NCBI GenBank assembly: GCA_965248195.1
Contig: CBDFIQ010000002.1
Coordinates: 704,001 to 768,000, forward strand
Direction: 5' to 3'
Length of the DNA stretch: 64,000 bases
Source: Longimicrobiales bacterium
GTDB lineage: Bacteria > Gemmatimonadota > Gemmatimonadetes > Longimicrobiales > Gaopeijiaceae
Shown: piece by piece, positions 18,025 through 26,979 of the stretch
How positions within the stretch are numbered: position 1 is the first letter of the stretch
How the letters are laid out: every line of letters begins with the position of its first letter
Position numbers and translations under genes: made by a program
The notes under the pieces: model-generated
Told to the model about the DNA's origin: nothing
The model's input: only the letters and a program-made list of their open reading frames with translations
Database searches by the model: none

Positions 18025-18267
18025 ACGTTTGGAGCGGTATAACGAAGCGTGAGCATGATGTCTAGAATAATGCTCCTCCCTATGTCGGTTCAATCAAAAC
18101 CCCGGGACCTCCGGGGCACCGGGCCCTTCCACCGTGTATTCCTCGTAAGATGGTGCCTTCCTCGTAGGAAAGGGCCCGGTTCCGCCTTGGCGTCGTGAAG
18201 CCCTGGGGGGGGTCGGATACGTTTCCGCGAGCTATGAAGTTCCACATTTGCCCGCTAAGATGCTGCA

Positions 18268-18987
18268 ATGCTCAGTCAGATGTTCGAGGGTACGGGCCTC
18301 TCCGAAGTCCTCGCCCAAAACCCGCCACTCGCTTTCGTGACCCTGTTCGGTGCAGGCTTGGTGACGAGCCTGACACCCTGCGTTTATCCGATGATCCCGA
18401 TCACCGCTTCCGTGCTTGCGGGATCTGCGAAACAGGGTGCCCCCCGGTCGCGGGTGGTCGGCCTGACGTTCACGTACGCCCTCGGGCTGGCGTTACTCTA
18501 TGCGATGCTCGGACTGGTGGCGGGCCTGACCGGGAGCCTATTCGGCACGGTCAGCGCGAGCCCATGGACCCGATTGGCGATCGGAAATCTGCTCTTGGTG
18601 TTCGGGCTGGCGATGTTCGACGTCATTCCGGTGCGCGTGCCGCAACGCCTCCTGCAGTGGGCCGGGACCGGCCAGGGTGGGTCCTACCCGTCGGTGTTCG
18701 CTCTCGGAGCCGCGTCCGGCGTCGTCGCGGCCCCTTGTGGCGCTCCGGCGTTCGCCGTGGTACTTACATGGGTGGCGGCCACCCAGGCGGGCGCGATGGG
18801 CTTCCTCTACTTGTTCGTCTTCTCCTTCGGAATGACCGCGTTATTGGTTGCTGTCGGCCTCTTTTCCGGGTTCGGGGCGGCGCTGCCGGCTGCGGGCCCA
18901 TGGATGGTGTGGATCAAAAAGGGGGCCGCAGTGATTATGCTAGTGATGGCTCAATATTACTTCGTCCAGGTGGGGATGGTATTGTGA
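18268..18987 (+). CDS. ccdA: CcdA / DsbD-beta transmembrane electron transporter
   Basis: SLTPCVYPMIP and AAPCGAP redox Cys motifs; about six TM helices. Confidence 0.9.
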   Translation: MLSQMFEGTGLSEVLAQNPPLAFVTLFGAGLVTSLTPCVYPMIPITASVLAGSAKQGAPRSRVVGLTFTYALGLALLYAMLGLVAGLTGSLFGTVSASPWTRLAIGNLLLVFGLAMFDVIPVRVPQRLLQWAGTGQGGSYPSVFALGAASGVVAAPCGAPAFAVVLTWVAATQAGAMGFLYLFVFSFGMTALLVAVGLFSGFGAALPAAGPWMVWIKKGAAVIMLVMAQYYFVQVGMVL

Positions 18988-19574
18988 AAACTGACGACCG
19001 ATTCCGTAACTGGCGCCCCGGGCAGGGCGTCGCGCATCTCGTGAGCGCGGGCGTACTGTTGTTGGGTGCTTACGCTCCCCTCACCGCCACTCTCTCTTTG
19101 GTGGGTGTACTCTCTCCCGCCGCCGCGGTTGCGCAGGAGCGCGGCGAACTTGGGATCGCGTTGGGCGAGCGGCCCGAACTCGTGGAAATGGAGGACTTGG
19201 AGGGCAACAAGATCAGCCTCGCGCAGTATGTCGAAGGGCGCCCGGCGCTCATCGAATTCTGGGCGCGCTGGTGCGAGCTCTGTGAGGCTCTGTACCCACA
19301 GATGGTCGACGTCCACGCCCGTTACGGAGATAGGGTAGGGTTCGTCGCGGTCGCCGTTGCGGTCGCCCAATCCCAGCGCTCGGTCCGGAGGCACCTCGAA
19401 GACGAGCCCGTCGATTTCCCGGTGCTGTGGGACGAGGGTGGTAGGGCCGTGCGTGCCTTCTTGGCTCCCGGGACGTCCTACATCGTGGTCCTGGATGAGG
19501 AGGGGATCGTCGTGTACACGGGGTCCGGAGCCGGACAAGACATCGAGGCGGCGGTCCGGACGGCACTCGACTGA
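18984..19574 (+). CDS. TlpA-like exported thioredoxin / disulfide reductase
   Basis: GTG overlaps ccdA stop (GTGA); hydrophobic N-terminus; IEFWARWCELC CxxC motif. Confidence 0.87.
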   Translation: MKTDDRFRNWRPGQGVAHLVSAGVLLLGAYAPLTATLSLVGVLSPAAAVAQERGELGIALGERPELVEMEDLEGNKISLAQYVEGRPALIEFWARWCELCEALYPQMVDVHARYGDRVGFVAVAVAVAQSQRSVRRHLEDEPVDFPVLWDEGGRAVRAFLAPGTSYIVVLDEEGIVVYTGSGAGQDIEAAVRTALD

Positions 19575-19623
19575 GCCGACTTCCGGGTTCGTCTCAAGGC
19601 CCCCCGTCACACCGCTCGCCAAA

Positions 19624-19666
19624 CCAAGAAGAGGGCCCGGCCATGATTGCCGGGCCCTCTTCTTGG
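19624..19666. terminator. 18-bp perfect inverted repeat, probable bidirectional terminator
   Basis: CCAAGAAGAGGGCCCGGC-catgatt-GCCGGGCCCTCTTCTTGG between convergent stops 19574 and 19707. Confidence 0.8.
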
Positions 19667-19706
19667 CGGTCTATTGGGGCCGGTTTCTCAAGCCCCCCGG
19701 ACAGAG

Positions 19707-20282
19707 CTATTCTTCAGCGACCTCGGCCACGGCCGCGGCCAACTCCTCGTACGCCGTCGGATCGATTTCACGGAACTGAGACGTGGCCCACGAAACCCGC
19801 CCTTCCGGATCGACAACGACCACCGCCCGACTCTGGGGCATTCCGTTGCCCATTCGACCGACGCCGAAGGCGTCCGCGGCGTCACCCTCCACGTCACTCC
19901 CGAACAGGACCGGGAAATCCGCGTCTGCCGCCCATGACGCCAAAGCCTCCGGAGGGTCGTTGCTTATTGCGAAGATGGTTACGCCTCGTCCGCCTCTGAA
20001 TACGCTTGCGTACTGATCACGGTACGCTTCCATTTGAATTGTTCAGCCAGGCGTTCGCGCTCTGAAGAAGAACGCCAATACCACCACCTCTCCCCGTAAA
20101 TCCGACAAGCGGACCGGATCCTGGAGGACTCCGTAACGTGTAGCGCCCGTGACGGCGAAGTCAGGGGCCATCTCTCCGACGGCGATCATGCCGGATGCGC
20201 CGGCCTGGGCAGCGGCCGGCTGAACGAAAACAGCCAAACCCAGGGCCAGGGCGAACACGAATGCCATCGTGGATGGCCGCAT
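19707..20282 (-). CDS. Exported peroxiredoxin (AhpC/TSA, BCP-like), probable selenoprotein with in-frame UGA at 20045-20043
   Basis: ORFs 20043..20465 and 19707..20033 are in the same frame and join as VGEMAPDF...VVLAFFFRARTPG-U-TIQMEAYRDQY; AAGGAGG before ATG 20282; signal peptide AAA-Q; 191 aa. Confidence 0.85.
20008..20027 (-). promoter_or_regulatory. Candidate bacterial SECIS hairpin
   Basis: mRNA GCGUAC-CGUGAUCA-GUACGC begins 15 nt 3' of the UGA; GU at loop positions 2-3. Confidence 0.65.
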
Positions 20283-20295
20283 TCGAATCCTCCTT

Positions 20296-20361
20296 TCTTT
20301 GTAAGACGGAAACCTGTCTTTAGTGAGACGGAACCGTGTCTTTGTAAGACAGAAACCCGCG
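20296..20361. repeat. Three imperfect 21-23 bp tandem repeats upstream of the peroxiredoxin RBS
   Basis: TCTTTGTAAGACGGAAACCTG / TCTTTAGTGAGACGGAACCGTG / TCTTTGTAAGACAGAAACCCGCG. Confidence 0.75.
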
Positions 20362-20481
20362 TCCGGGCGACAGTATACACCCTGAAATCGTGATGCGCAC
20401 GATCCAGCGCAGAGATCCCCCAATGGTGTGCGGAATGGCCGCCGCCGATGCTCGGCCCGAAGCACCTGTCTCTCTCGCTGC

Positions 20482-20925
20482 TCATTCCGCGAGCGGGGAG
20501 ATGTGATATTGGACGACCTTCCACGTCCCCTCGTCCAGCACCCGCGTATCCGAGTATCGCCAGGTGCCCGAAATCAATGCCCCTCCGGGCATCGTTACGG
20601 AGCCCTGCAGAAGCGCGCCGGACACGGCGGTGTTACCGTAGACCCTCACGTTCAGTTCATTCATGACGACGTTCGTTCGGAGACCTGTGAGGTACGCGGC
20701 CTGAAGGGCCAGCGCACTGATCCCGTCGATCATGTTGGATCCGTTGACGAAGAACCCACGAACGTCGTCGTGGAAAAAGCTGACGAAGTTGGCGGCGTCG
20801 CCACTCACCAAGGCCGCCAGAGTCTCCGAGACGTCGGCCCGCACATCGGTCTCCTGGGCACGCGCGGAGCCCGCAACCAGTGAAAACGTCGAGCAGACGA
20901 CGAATATGATGCACCGAGATCTCAC
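20482..20925 (-). CDS. Exported NTF2-like (DUF4440/SnoaL) protein
   Basis: Signal peptide ARA-Q; VRVYGNTAV and WKVVQYHIS motifs. Confidence 0.8.
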   Translation of the reverse strand: MRSRCIIFVVCSTFSLVAGSARAQETDVRADVSETLAALVSGDAANFVSFFHDDVRGFFVNGSNMIDGISALALQAAYLTGLRTNVVMNELNVRVYGNTAVSGALLQGSVTMPGGALISGTWRYSDTRVLDEGTWKVVQYHISPLAE

Positions 20926-20944
20926 GTGATCACTCCCTTTCCTA

Positions 20945-21004
20945 TCTTTGGATCTTCCTTCGAATCTCTCATGGTCTTTGGCTCTTCCTTCGAATCTCTC
21001 ATGG
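20945..21004. repeat. 30-bp tandem duplication (one mismatch)
   Basis: TCTTTGG(A/C)TCTTCCTTCGAATCTCTCATGG x2. Confidence 0.9.
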
Positions 21005-21038
21005 AGTTTTCTTCAGCGTCTTCGACCACAGGGGCGCC

Positions 21039-23159
21039 GTGATGTTCCGTCCGGCGTGGACTCATCCGAAGGCCCACTGGGTCTCCCTGAGCGTCGCGGC
21101 CGTAGGACTCGGGGCCGTAGGGGTTTGGGTCGATCTTTCCCCGAGGGTGGAAAGCGACTTTTTCTTCTCGGAGGACGACCCCCAGCTTCAGGCGTCTCTC
21201 GAGTTGGACCGACGGTACCCGGGACGGGCGCAGGTAGTCGTGCGGGCGGAGGACATGGCGGGGGATCCCGAGGCGTACCGCGAGTGGATAGGTGAGCTCA
21301 CGGAGGCCTTTTCGGAGGTGGAGGATGTGACGGGCGTCCGCTCGATCACCACCGATGATGCTGCGCCGAGTCCCCTGTTCAGCCGAATCCTTCTGACGCC
21401 GGACGAGGCGGCCACGAACCTCATTCTCAGTGTGGACGCGCCCGATCCCGAACTTCTTCTCCCTCGATTGGAGGCCGTGGTCGAGCGACTCCGTGCGCCC
21501 GGACTGGATGTGGTCATGTCCGGAGTGCCGGTTATCGTCGAGCAGATTCGACGAAATCTGTTTCGCGATCTCGTGGTCTTCAGCCTTTCCTCGCTTCTCC
21601 TGTACGGTCTGCTCGCGGCGCTGATCTATAGAAACGCAGGAATCGTCGTCGGTGCACTGACGACCTGCGTATCCGCATGCGCGGCCACCCTGCTTCTCAC
21701 CCGTTCCATGGGCATCCAGATCGGCCTGCTCACGGCCAACCTCATCACGATCGTCTTCGTGCTGACGCTCTCGCACATCGTCTTTCTGACCGCCAACTGG
21801 CGGCGGGCCGCGACTCTTGGGCTGGCGCCGGATCAGCGGGTGGCCCGGGCCGTGTCGTTGACCCTCGAAGCCTCCTTCTGGTCCATGGCCACGACGCTCA
21901 TGGGATTCCTGAGCCTGTTGGTGGCCTCGGCTCGGCCCTTGAGGGAGTTGGGTATTGCCGGTGCGATCGGTGCGGCGACCGCTCTTGCCGTCGCCTATAC
22001 GATTTTCCCCAGCTTTTTGGGCCGCGGCGCAGAGGGTACCGGAACTGCGGAGTGGTGGTCCGCCGGGATCTCCCGGATCTCGGTCCGGCCGGTGGGCCCA
22101 TTGGCCGTCATCGCTTTTGTGGTCCTCGGGCTGGGGTTTGGTCTTCCGAAGCTCGACACCGACCCGGGTCTCCTCACGTACTTCGCTGAGGATTCCGAGC
22201 TTCGGCGTGGGCTCGAGCAGGTCGATCGAGACGGCGGGAGCAGCACGCTAAACATCGCGATCCACGACGCATCAGGCGCACGCCTCGATGAAAGCGAGGT
22301 CTACGAACGCATGTGGCGTTTTCAGGAGGCGCTGGAGGCGGACTCGGTGGTGGGCGCGGTTCTATCACCTGCGGTGCTGCTGGGGCATGCTCGGACGTTG
22401 CCCCTGGCCGGGTTCTTGAGCCTGAGCACGCTCCTGGATATTGGCGAAACGCCGCAGTTGGATCGGATCACCCTGAGCTTTGTCACGCTGGAAAGGGACG
22501 AGGGGCTCTTTTTCCTCCGAATGAAGGAATCGGTTCAGGAGCCCTCTCGAGAAGCGGTCATGGATCGACTCGAAGGGTACGCGCGCGACGCTGGCCTCGA
22601 CCCCGTACAAATGGGAGGCTTATACGACCTCCAGGCGCAGCTCGGTCGGCTGATCGCCTCGAGCCTCCGGATCGGCCTTGGGGGGCTACTACTCCTGTTC
22701 GTGGGCGTCGCCGTGGTTGTTTCCCGTTCCGCGAGCGTGGCGGCGCTCATGGTGGCGTGTCTCGGCGGGATCCCGCTCGTCGTCCTGGGTACCTTCGGCC
22801 ATCTGGGCGTGGCGGTGGACATCATCACCTCACCGGCGGCGAACGTCGCTTTGGCCATGGGAGTCGACTCGATGATTCACCTGGTGGTGCGGGTCCGGCA
22901 CCTTGGCAGGGGCGGGCTGGATCCTCTGGAGAGCTGGTCCCAGGCTCGAGCCCAGATCATGGGGCCAGTGCTGGCTGCTACGCTCCTTATATGCGTCGGA
23001 TTCGGGATCTTCGGGTTGTCGACGTTTCCACCCACCCGCCGCTTCGGGTTCGCGGTGATCCTTGGCACGATGACGGCTGCCACCATGGCGCTGGTGACGT
23101 TGCCGCTCGCGGTCGAAGCCTTGAGGCGGAGGCCGGCGGAGGAGTCTCAGCCGGCCTGA
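21039..23159 (+). CDS. MMPL/RND family transporter
   Basis: Two repeats of TM + extracytoplasmic loop + five TMs; MGVDSMIH, TTLMGFLSL, PTRRFG motifs. Confidence 0.88.
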   Translation: MMFRPAWTHPKAHWVSLSVAAVGLGAVGVWVDLSPRVESDFFFSEDDPQLQASLELDRRYPGRAQVVVRAEDMAGDPEAYREWIGELTEAFSEVEDVTGVRSITTDDAAPSPLFSRILLTPDEAATNLILSVDAPDPELLLPRLEAVVERLRAPGLDVVMSGVPVIVEQIRRNLFRDLVVFSLSSLLLYGLLAALIYRNAGIVVGALTTCVSACAATLLLTRSMGIQIGLLTANLITIVFVLTLSHIVFLTANWRRAATLGLAPDQRVARAVSLTLEASFWSMATTLMGFLSLLVASARPLRELGIAGAIGAATALAVAYTIFPSFLGRGAEGTGTAEWWSAGISRISVRPVGPLAVIAFVVLGLGFGLPKLDTDPGLLTYFAEDSELRRGLEQVDRDGGSSTLNIAIHDASGARLDESEVYERMWRFQEALEADSVVGAVLSPAVLLGHARTLPLAGFLSLSTLLDIGETPQLDRITLSFVTLERDEGLFFLRMKESVQEPSREAVMDRLEGYARDAGLDPVQMGGLYDLQAQLGRLIASSLRIGLGGLLLLFVGVAVVVSRSASVAALMVACLGGIPLVVLGTFGHLGVAVDIITSPAANVALAMGVDSMIHLVVRVRHLGRGGLDPLESWSQARAQIMGPVLAATLLICVGFGIFGLSTFPPTRRFGFAVILGTMTAATMALVTLPLAVEALRRRPAEESQPA

Positions 23160-23253
23160 ACGGGGGCTCCCGAACTGGCAGACTCCGCAACGTCGAGCGG
23201 CCACCCCGAACCCGGGAGTGGCCGCTCCTTTCATCCGGAGGCGTCTCGGACGC

Positions 23254-23925
23254 TCATAACGCGAAGCAGTAGAACAGTCCGTCGCCGCCTGTCCCCTGCA
23301 GGTCCTCCTGACCGCAGCCACTGCTGGAGTGGGCGGAGTTCCATGAGGTCGGGTTGGCGCCGCCACCGGTACGGTCGAAGTGTCCGACCATCGCGCTGCC
23401 TTCCCCGCTGCTCGTCCAGTTGTTACACGTCGTGTCGTCCTCACCCGGGACAACGGTGCCGTCCAGCTGCGACCCCGTCAGGATGTCGTGCCGGTTGGGA
23501 TCGTCGCCTCGGCCGTTGGTCATGCCACCCCGCTCATTGAGCACGGTCTCCTTCGTGAGGTTGTTGTTCTCGCTGTGGAGGTTGGCGACACTGCTCGCGA
23601 CCTGCACGAGGGCCTGGTTGTACCATGGCCCGGTCCCAATCCGGTCACGCGCATTGACCCCCGCGGCGTCGTCCGGGGCCTGCACGCTCAAGTAGGCGTG
23701 CCACAGCGCGTCACTCGCGCCCACCGCATCGGCGAGGGACTGACAGTACCTGTCGGCGCCCTGGACACCTCCCAGGGCGGCACCGTTTCCGGGCCCGGCG
23801 CTGGTGAGGAAAAAGCTCATCGTGGGCTCCGTCGACTCGTCCGCCGGAGCGTCCTCGGCTGAGGGTGCGCACGAGCCGACAGCTGTGGCAATGGTAAGCA
23901 GGCAAAAGACTCTCATTCTCGGCAT
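23254..23925 (-). CDS. Lectin-like (endostatin-fold-like) lipoprotein
   Basis: VGSC lipobox; MSFFLTS, LGGVQGADRYCQSLA, NARDRIGTGPW, GLFYCFA. Confidence 0.78.
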   Translation of the reverse strand: MPRMRVFCLLTIATAVGSCAPSAEDAPADESTEPTMSFFLTSAGPGNGAALGGVQGADRYCQSLADAVGASDALWHAYLSVQAPDDAAGVNARDRIGTGPWYNQALVQVASSVANLHSENNNLTKETVLNERGGMTNGRGDDPNRHDILTGSQLDGTVVPGEDDTTCNNWTSSGEGSAMVGHFDRTGGGANPTSWNSAHSSSGCGQEDLQGTGGDGLFYCFAL

Positions 23926-24071
23926 GATCTTCCTCTCAGATTTCGAGCGACGGATAACTCCCAATGTCGGAAGACCGGCCCTGCGTGCGAGCGCACACAG
24001 GGCCGGTCTGACGGATACTTCGTGTCGGACCCTACGCGTAGAGTCCCCCAAAGCACCAACTATTTCAGCGT

Positions 24072-25283
24072 TTACATACCACCGTAGGTATGCGTCTCGC
24101 CCGGCCAAAGGGCGCCTTGGTTCGCACTCGGGATCGGGCCGATGCCCAGATAAACGAACTTCTGAAGGCGTGACCCTTCGTACGTTTCGGTCGTGTAGAT
24201 GTTTCCGTCCGAGTCGGTGTCGATGCTGTGCACCGCGAAGAACAGTCCGGGCTGCCGCCCGCCGTCCCCGAAGCTCGTCAGGATTTCCATCGTCTCACGC
24301 AGGATGATGTAGACCTTCATGTTCTGACCGTCGGCCAGGTAGAGGTAGGTCTGGGCTTCGTCCGGCGAGAAGGCGATGTCCCAGGTCGAACCCTGAGAAC
24401 GCGTATTGGGCGCGATATGGACCTCCTGCACGAACGTTCCGTCCAGCTGGAAGACCTGGACCCGGTCCGCCCCACGGTCGCAGACGTACACCAAGCCGTC
24501 GGTGCTCGGTTCGGCGCAGTGCACCGGACCTTGGAACTGCGGCGGAGGAGCCGTTCCGTCCCGGGCGGACCATCGAGTCATGGTCGCGTATTCCTCGTCG
24601 TCCGGTACCTCGCCGTAGGCGCCCCAGAAGCGCTTGAGCGCACCGGTAGTCGCGTCTAGCACTGCGACCCGCCTGTTCCCGTAGCCGTCCGCCACGAACA
24701 ACTCGTTGGTGGCGGGGTGGTTGGAAAGCTTCGCCACCTGCCCGAAGTTCATCTCGTCGAGGCTGTTACGCCCTTCACGCGCATCCGGATCGCCGATCTG
24801 CTTGAGAAACGTGCCATCGGTGGCGAACTGGAGAACGTGCTTGTCGTTGCCCCCGTTCCCGCCGATCCAGATGTTGCCCATGTTGTCGATGGCGAGCCCG
24901 TGGTTCGACTCTGGCCAATCGTATTCACCCGTTTCGCTCGGCCCTCCAAAGGAGGAGATCAGATTTCCCTCCTGATCGAACTCTAAGACCGGTGGTCCCG
25001 GCTGGCAGCACTCACTGACTTCGGAGATAATGCCAATCTCCGTGTTAAGGACAAACTGGTTGAGCGTGTTCCGGTGAACGACCCAGATGTGATCCCGCGC
25101 ATCCACCGCGACACCAATCATCGGTCCCACTAGCCAATGGTTCGGAAGCGGCTGGGGCCAGAGTGGATCCACCTCGAACATGGGGGCCTGACCGCCTGCC
25201 CCAAACGCTGCCTCGCCGGACGTGCACGCGCCCATGGACGCGACCACGGCTACTCCAACGAGAAAATTGAGCGTGCGTTTCAT
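24072..25283 (-). CDS. NHL-repeat beta-propeller lipoprotein (PAL-like)
   Basis: MGAC lipobox; FEVDPLWP, FVADGYGNRRV, YVCDRGADRVQVF repeats. Confidence 0.85.
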   Translation of the reverse strand: MKRTLNFLVGVAVVASMGACTSGEAAFGAGGQAPMFEVDPLWPQPLPNHWLVGPMIGVAVDARDHIWVVHRNTLNQFVLNTEIGIISEVSECCQPGPPVLEFDQEGNLISSFGGPSETGEYDWPESNHGLAIDNMGNIWIGGNGGNDKHVLQFATDGTFLKQIGDPDAREGRNSLDEMNFGQVAKLSNHPATNELFVADGYGNRRVAVLDATTGALKRFWGAYGEVPDDEEYATMTRWSARDGTAPPPQFQGPVHCAEPSTDGLVYVCDRGADRVQVFQLDGTFVQEVHIAPNTRSQGSTWDIAFSPDEAQTYLYLADGQNMKVYIILRETMEILTSFGDGGRQPGLFFAVHSIDTDSDGNIYTTETYEGSRLQKFVYLGIGPIPSANQGALWPGETHTYGGM

Positions 25284-25509
25284 CTACCTTCCTCCGTCTC
25301 TGTGCAGGTACCTTGTCGGGGTCGCGGCGGATCACCGGCAAATAGATCCCGAGACCGATCTCAAAAAAAGCCGGCCAACGGGATCATTCCCGACGTGACC
25401 GAGGGTATACGGGCCTCGGTCGCTACCCGATCTAAGTTGCTGTATGTTGGTTCCGCAAGTGCTTTCGGGAAAAAAGACTTTTACCATCACCGCTCGGGAG
25501 AGGACACCA

Positions 25510-26874
25510 GTGTTGGGAAGTAAGCGTAGAGTTGTCTACTTGGCCGCCGCCATCACCATCGTAGGGACGCTGGCCGTGGCGCTCCCTCTGGCTGCGCCGG
25601 CCCACGAGACGCCCGCAGACGTGACGGTTCAGGCGTTTCTCAAGCCCGAGGGACAAACGCTTCGGCTCCTCCTCCGGGTGCCACTGACCGCGATGCAGGA
25701 CATCATCTTCCCGACGCGCGGCCCAGGGTACCTGGAAATCGACGAGGCGGATCCGGAACTCGAAGAGGGCGCGGTGCTGTGGATCGTCCAACCGTTACAG
25801 CTGTTCGAAGACGGGACCCAACTGCCTTTCCCCGAGATCGCTGCCATCAAGGTCTCGATTCCGTCCGATCGGTCGTTCCGGGAGTATGACACGGCTCTGG
25901 AGCATGTCTTCGGCCCCAAGCTGTCTAACGACATCGAACTCATATGGCAGCAGGCCCTGCTCGACGTGTTGCTCGAGTATCCGATTCAATCCGAGGATTC
26001 GGAGTTCTCGATCCACCCGGGGCTGGAGCGCCTCGCGTCCCGGGTCCAAATGGTACTCCGGTTCATGCCGCCAAACGGTGTGGTGCGAGCGTTCCAATTT
26101 GTCGGTGACCCGGGACTCGTCCCTCTCGACCCGCGCTGGCATCAGGCGGCCTTTCGGTTCGTGAAGTCCGGTTTCCTCCACATCCTGGACGGCATCGACC
26201 ACCTGCTTTTTCTCCTCTGTCTGGTCATTCCGTTCCGGCGGTTCAACGCGTTGGTGCCGATCGTAACGGCCTTCACGGTGGCCCACTCCGTCACACTGAT
26301 CGCTTCCGCATACGGCTTTGCCCCCGGTGGGCTCTGGTTCCCACCGCTCGTGGAGACGCTGATTGCGGCTTCGATCCTGTACATGGCATTGGAGAACGTG
26401 GTGGGCGCCAGCGTGCGGCGGCGCTGGATCATCACATTCGGGTTCGGACTCATTCATGGCTTTGGGTTCTCCTTCGCGCTCCGCGAATCGCTTCAGTTCG
26501 CAGGCGGCCACTTGCTGACGTCCCTTTTGTCGTTCAACGTCGGGGTCGAAATCGGACAGTTGCTGGTCCTCGCGCTGTGTATTCCTGCGCTCGAGGTCCT
26601 TTTCCGCTACGTCGTTGCGGAGCGCGTGGGCACGATCATCCTTTCGGTCCTCGTGGCACACACCGGATGGCATTGGATGGCGGAGCGCGCGGTCGTCTTC
26701 AGCCAATACCAGATCCAGTGGCCCGCGCTCAGCGTAGGCCTCTTCCTTTCACTGCTGGGTTGGCTGCTTCTGGCCCTGATCGTCGGTGGCCTGGGATGGC
26801 TGGCGTTTGGTATGCTGTGGAATCCTGCGGCGAGGGGTCCCGTTGGCGAAGCTACGCCCGCTCCGGAGGAGTAG
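25510..26874 (+). CDS. HupE/UreJ family membrane protein with N-terminal extracytoplasmic domain
   Basis: APA-HE signal end; GFLHILDGIDHLLF, FTVAHSVTL, FGLIHGFGF, FNVGVEIGQ; GTG 25510 after GGAG. Confidence 0.88.
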   Translation: MLGSKRRVVYLAAAITIVGTLAVALPLAAPAHETPADVTVQAFLKPEGQTLRLLLRVPLTAMQDIIFPTRGPGYLEIDEADPELEEGAVLWIVQPLQLFEDGTQLPFPEIAAIKVSIPSDRSFREYDTALEHVFGPKLSNDIELIWQQALLDVLLEYPIQSEDSEFSIHPGLERLASRVQMVLRFMPPNGVVRAFQFVGDPGLVPLDPRWHQAAFRFVKSGFLHILDGIDHLLFLLCLVIPFRRFNALVPIVTAFTVAHSVTLIASAYGFAPGGLWFPPLVETLIAASILYMALENVVGASVRRRWIITFGFGLIHGFGFSFALRESLQFAGGHLLTSLLSFNVGVEIGQLLVLALCIPALEVLFRYVVAERVGTIILSVLVAHTGWHWMAERAVVFSQYQIQWPALSVGLFLSLLGWLLLALIVGGLGWLAFGMLWNPAARGPVGEATPAPEE

Positions 26875-26979
26875 GGGTCCCTGAGCTTCGCCCTCCTCTC
26901 GACGCCGGCCGTCTCCCAGACACACTTTGAGTGCCAGTGCCCGGTGACCCGAACGGTCACCGGCCACTTCCTTAGGCGC

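Noticed and set aside
18195..18983. 459-aa ORF 18195..19574 as one protein
   Set aside because: The 5' part is an off-frame shadow of ccdA; the thioredoxin begins near GTG 18984
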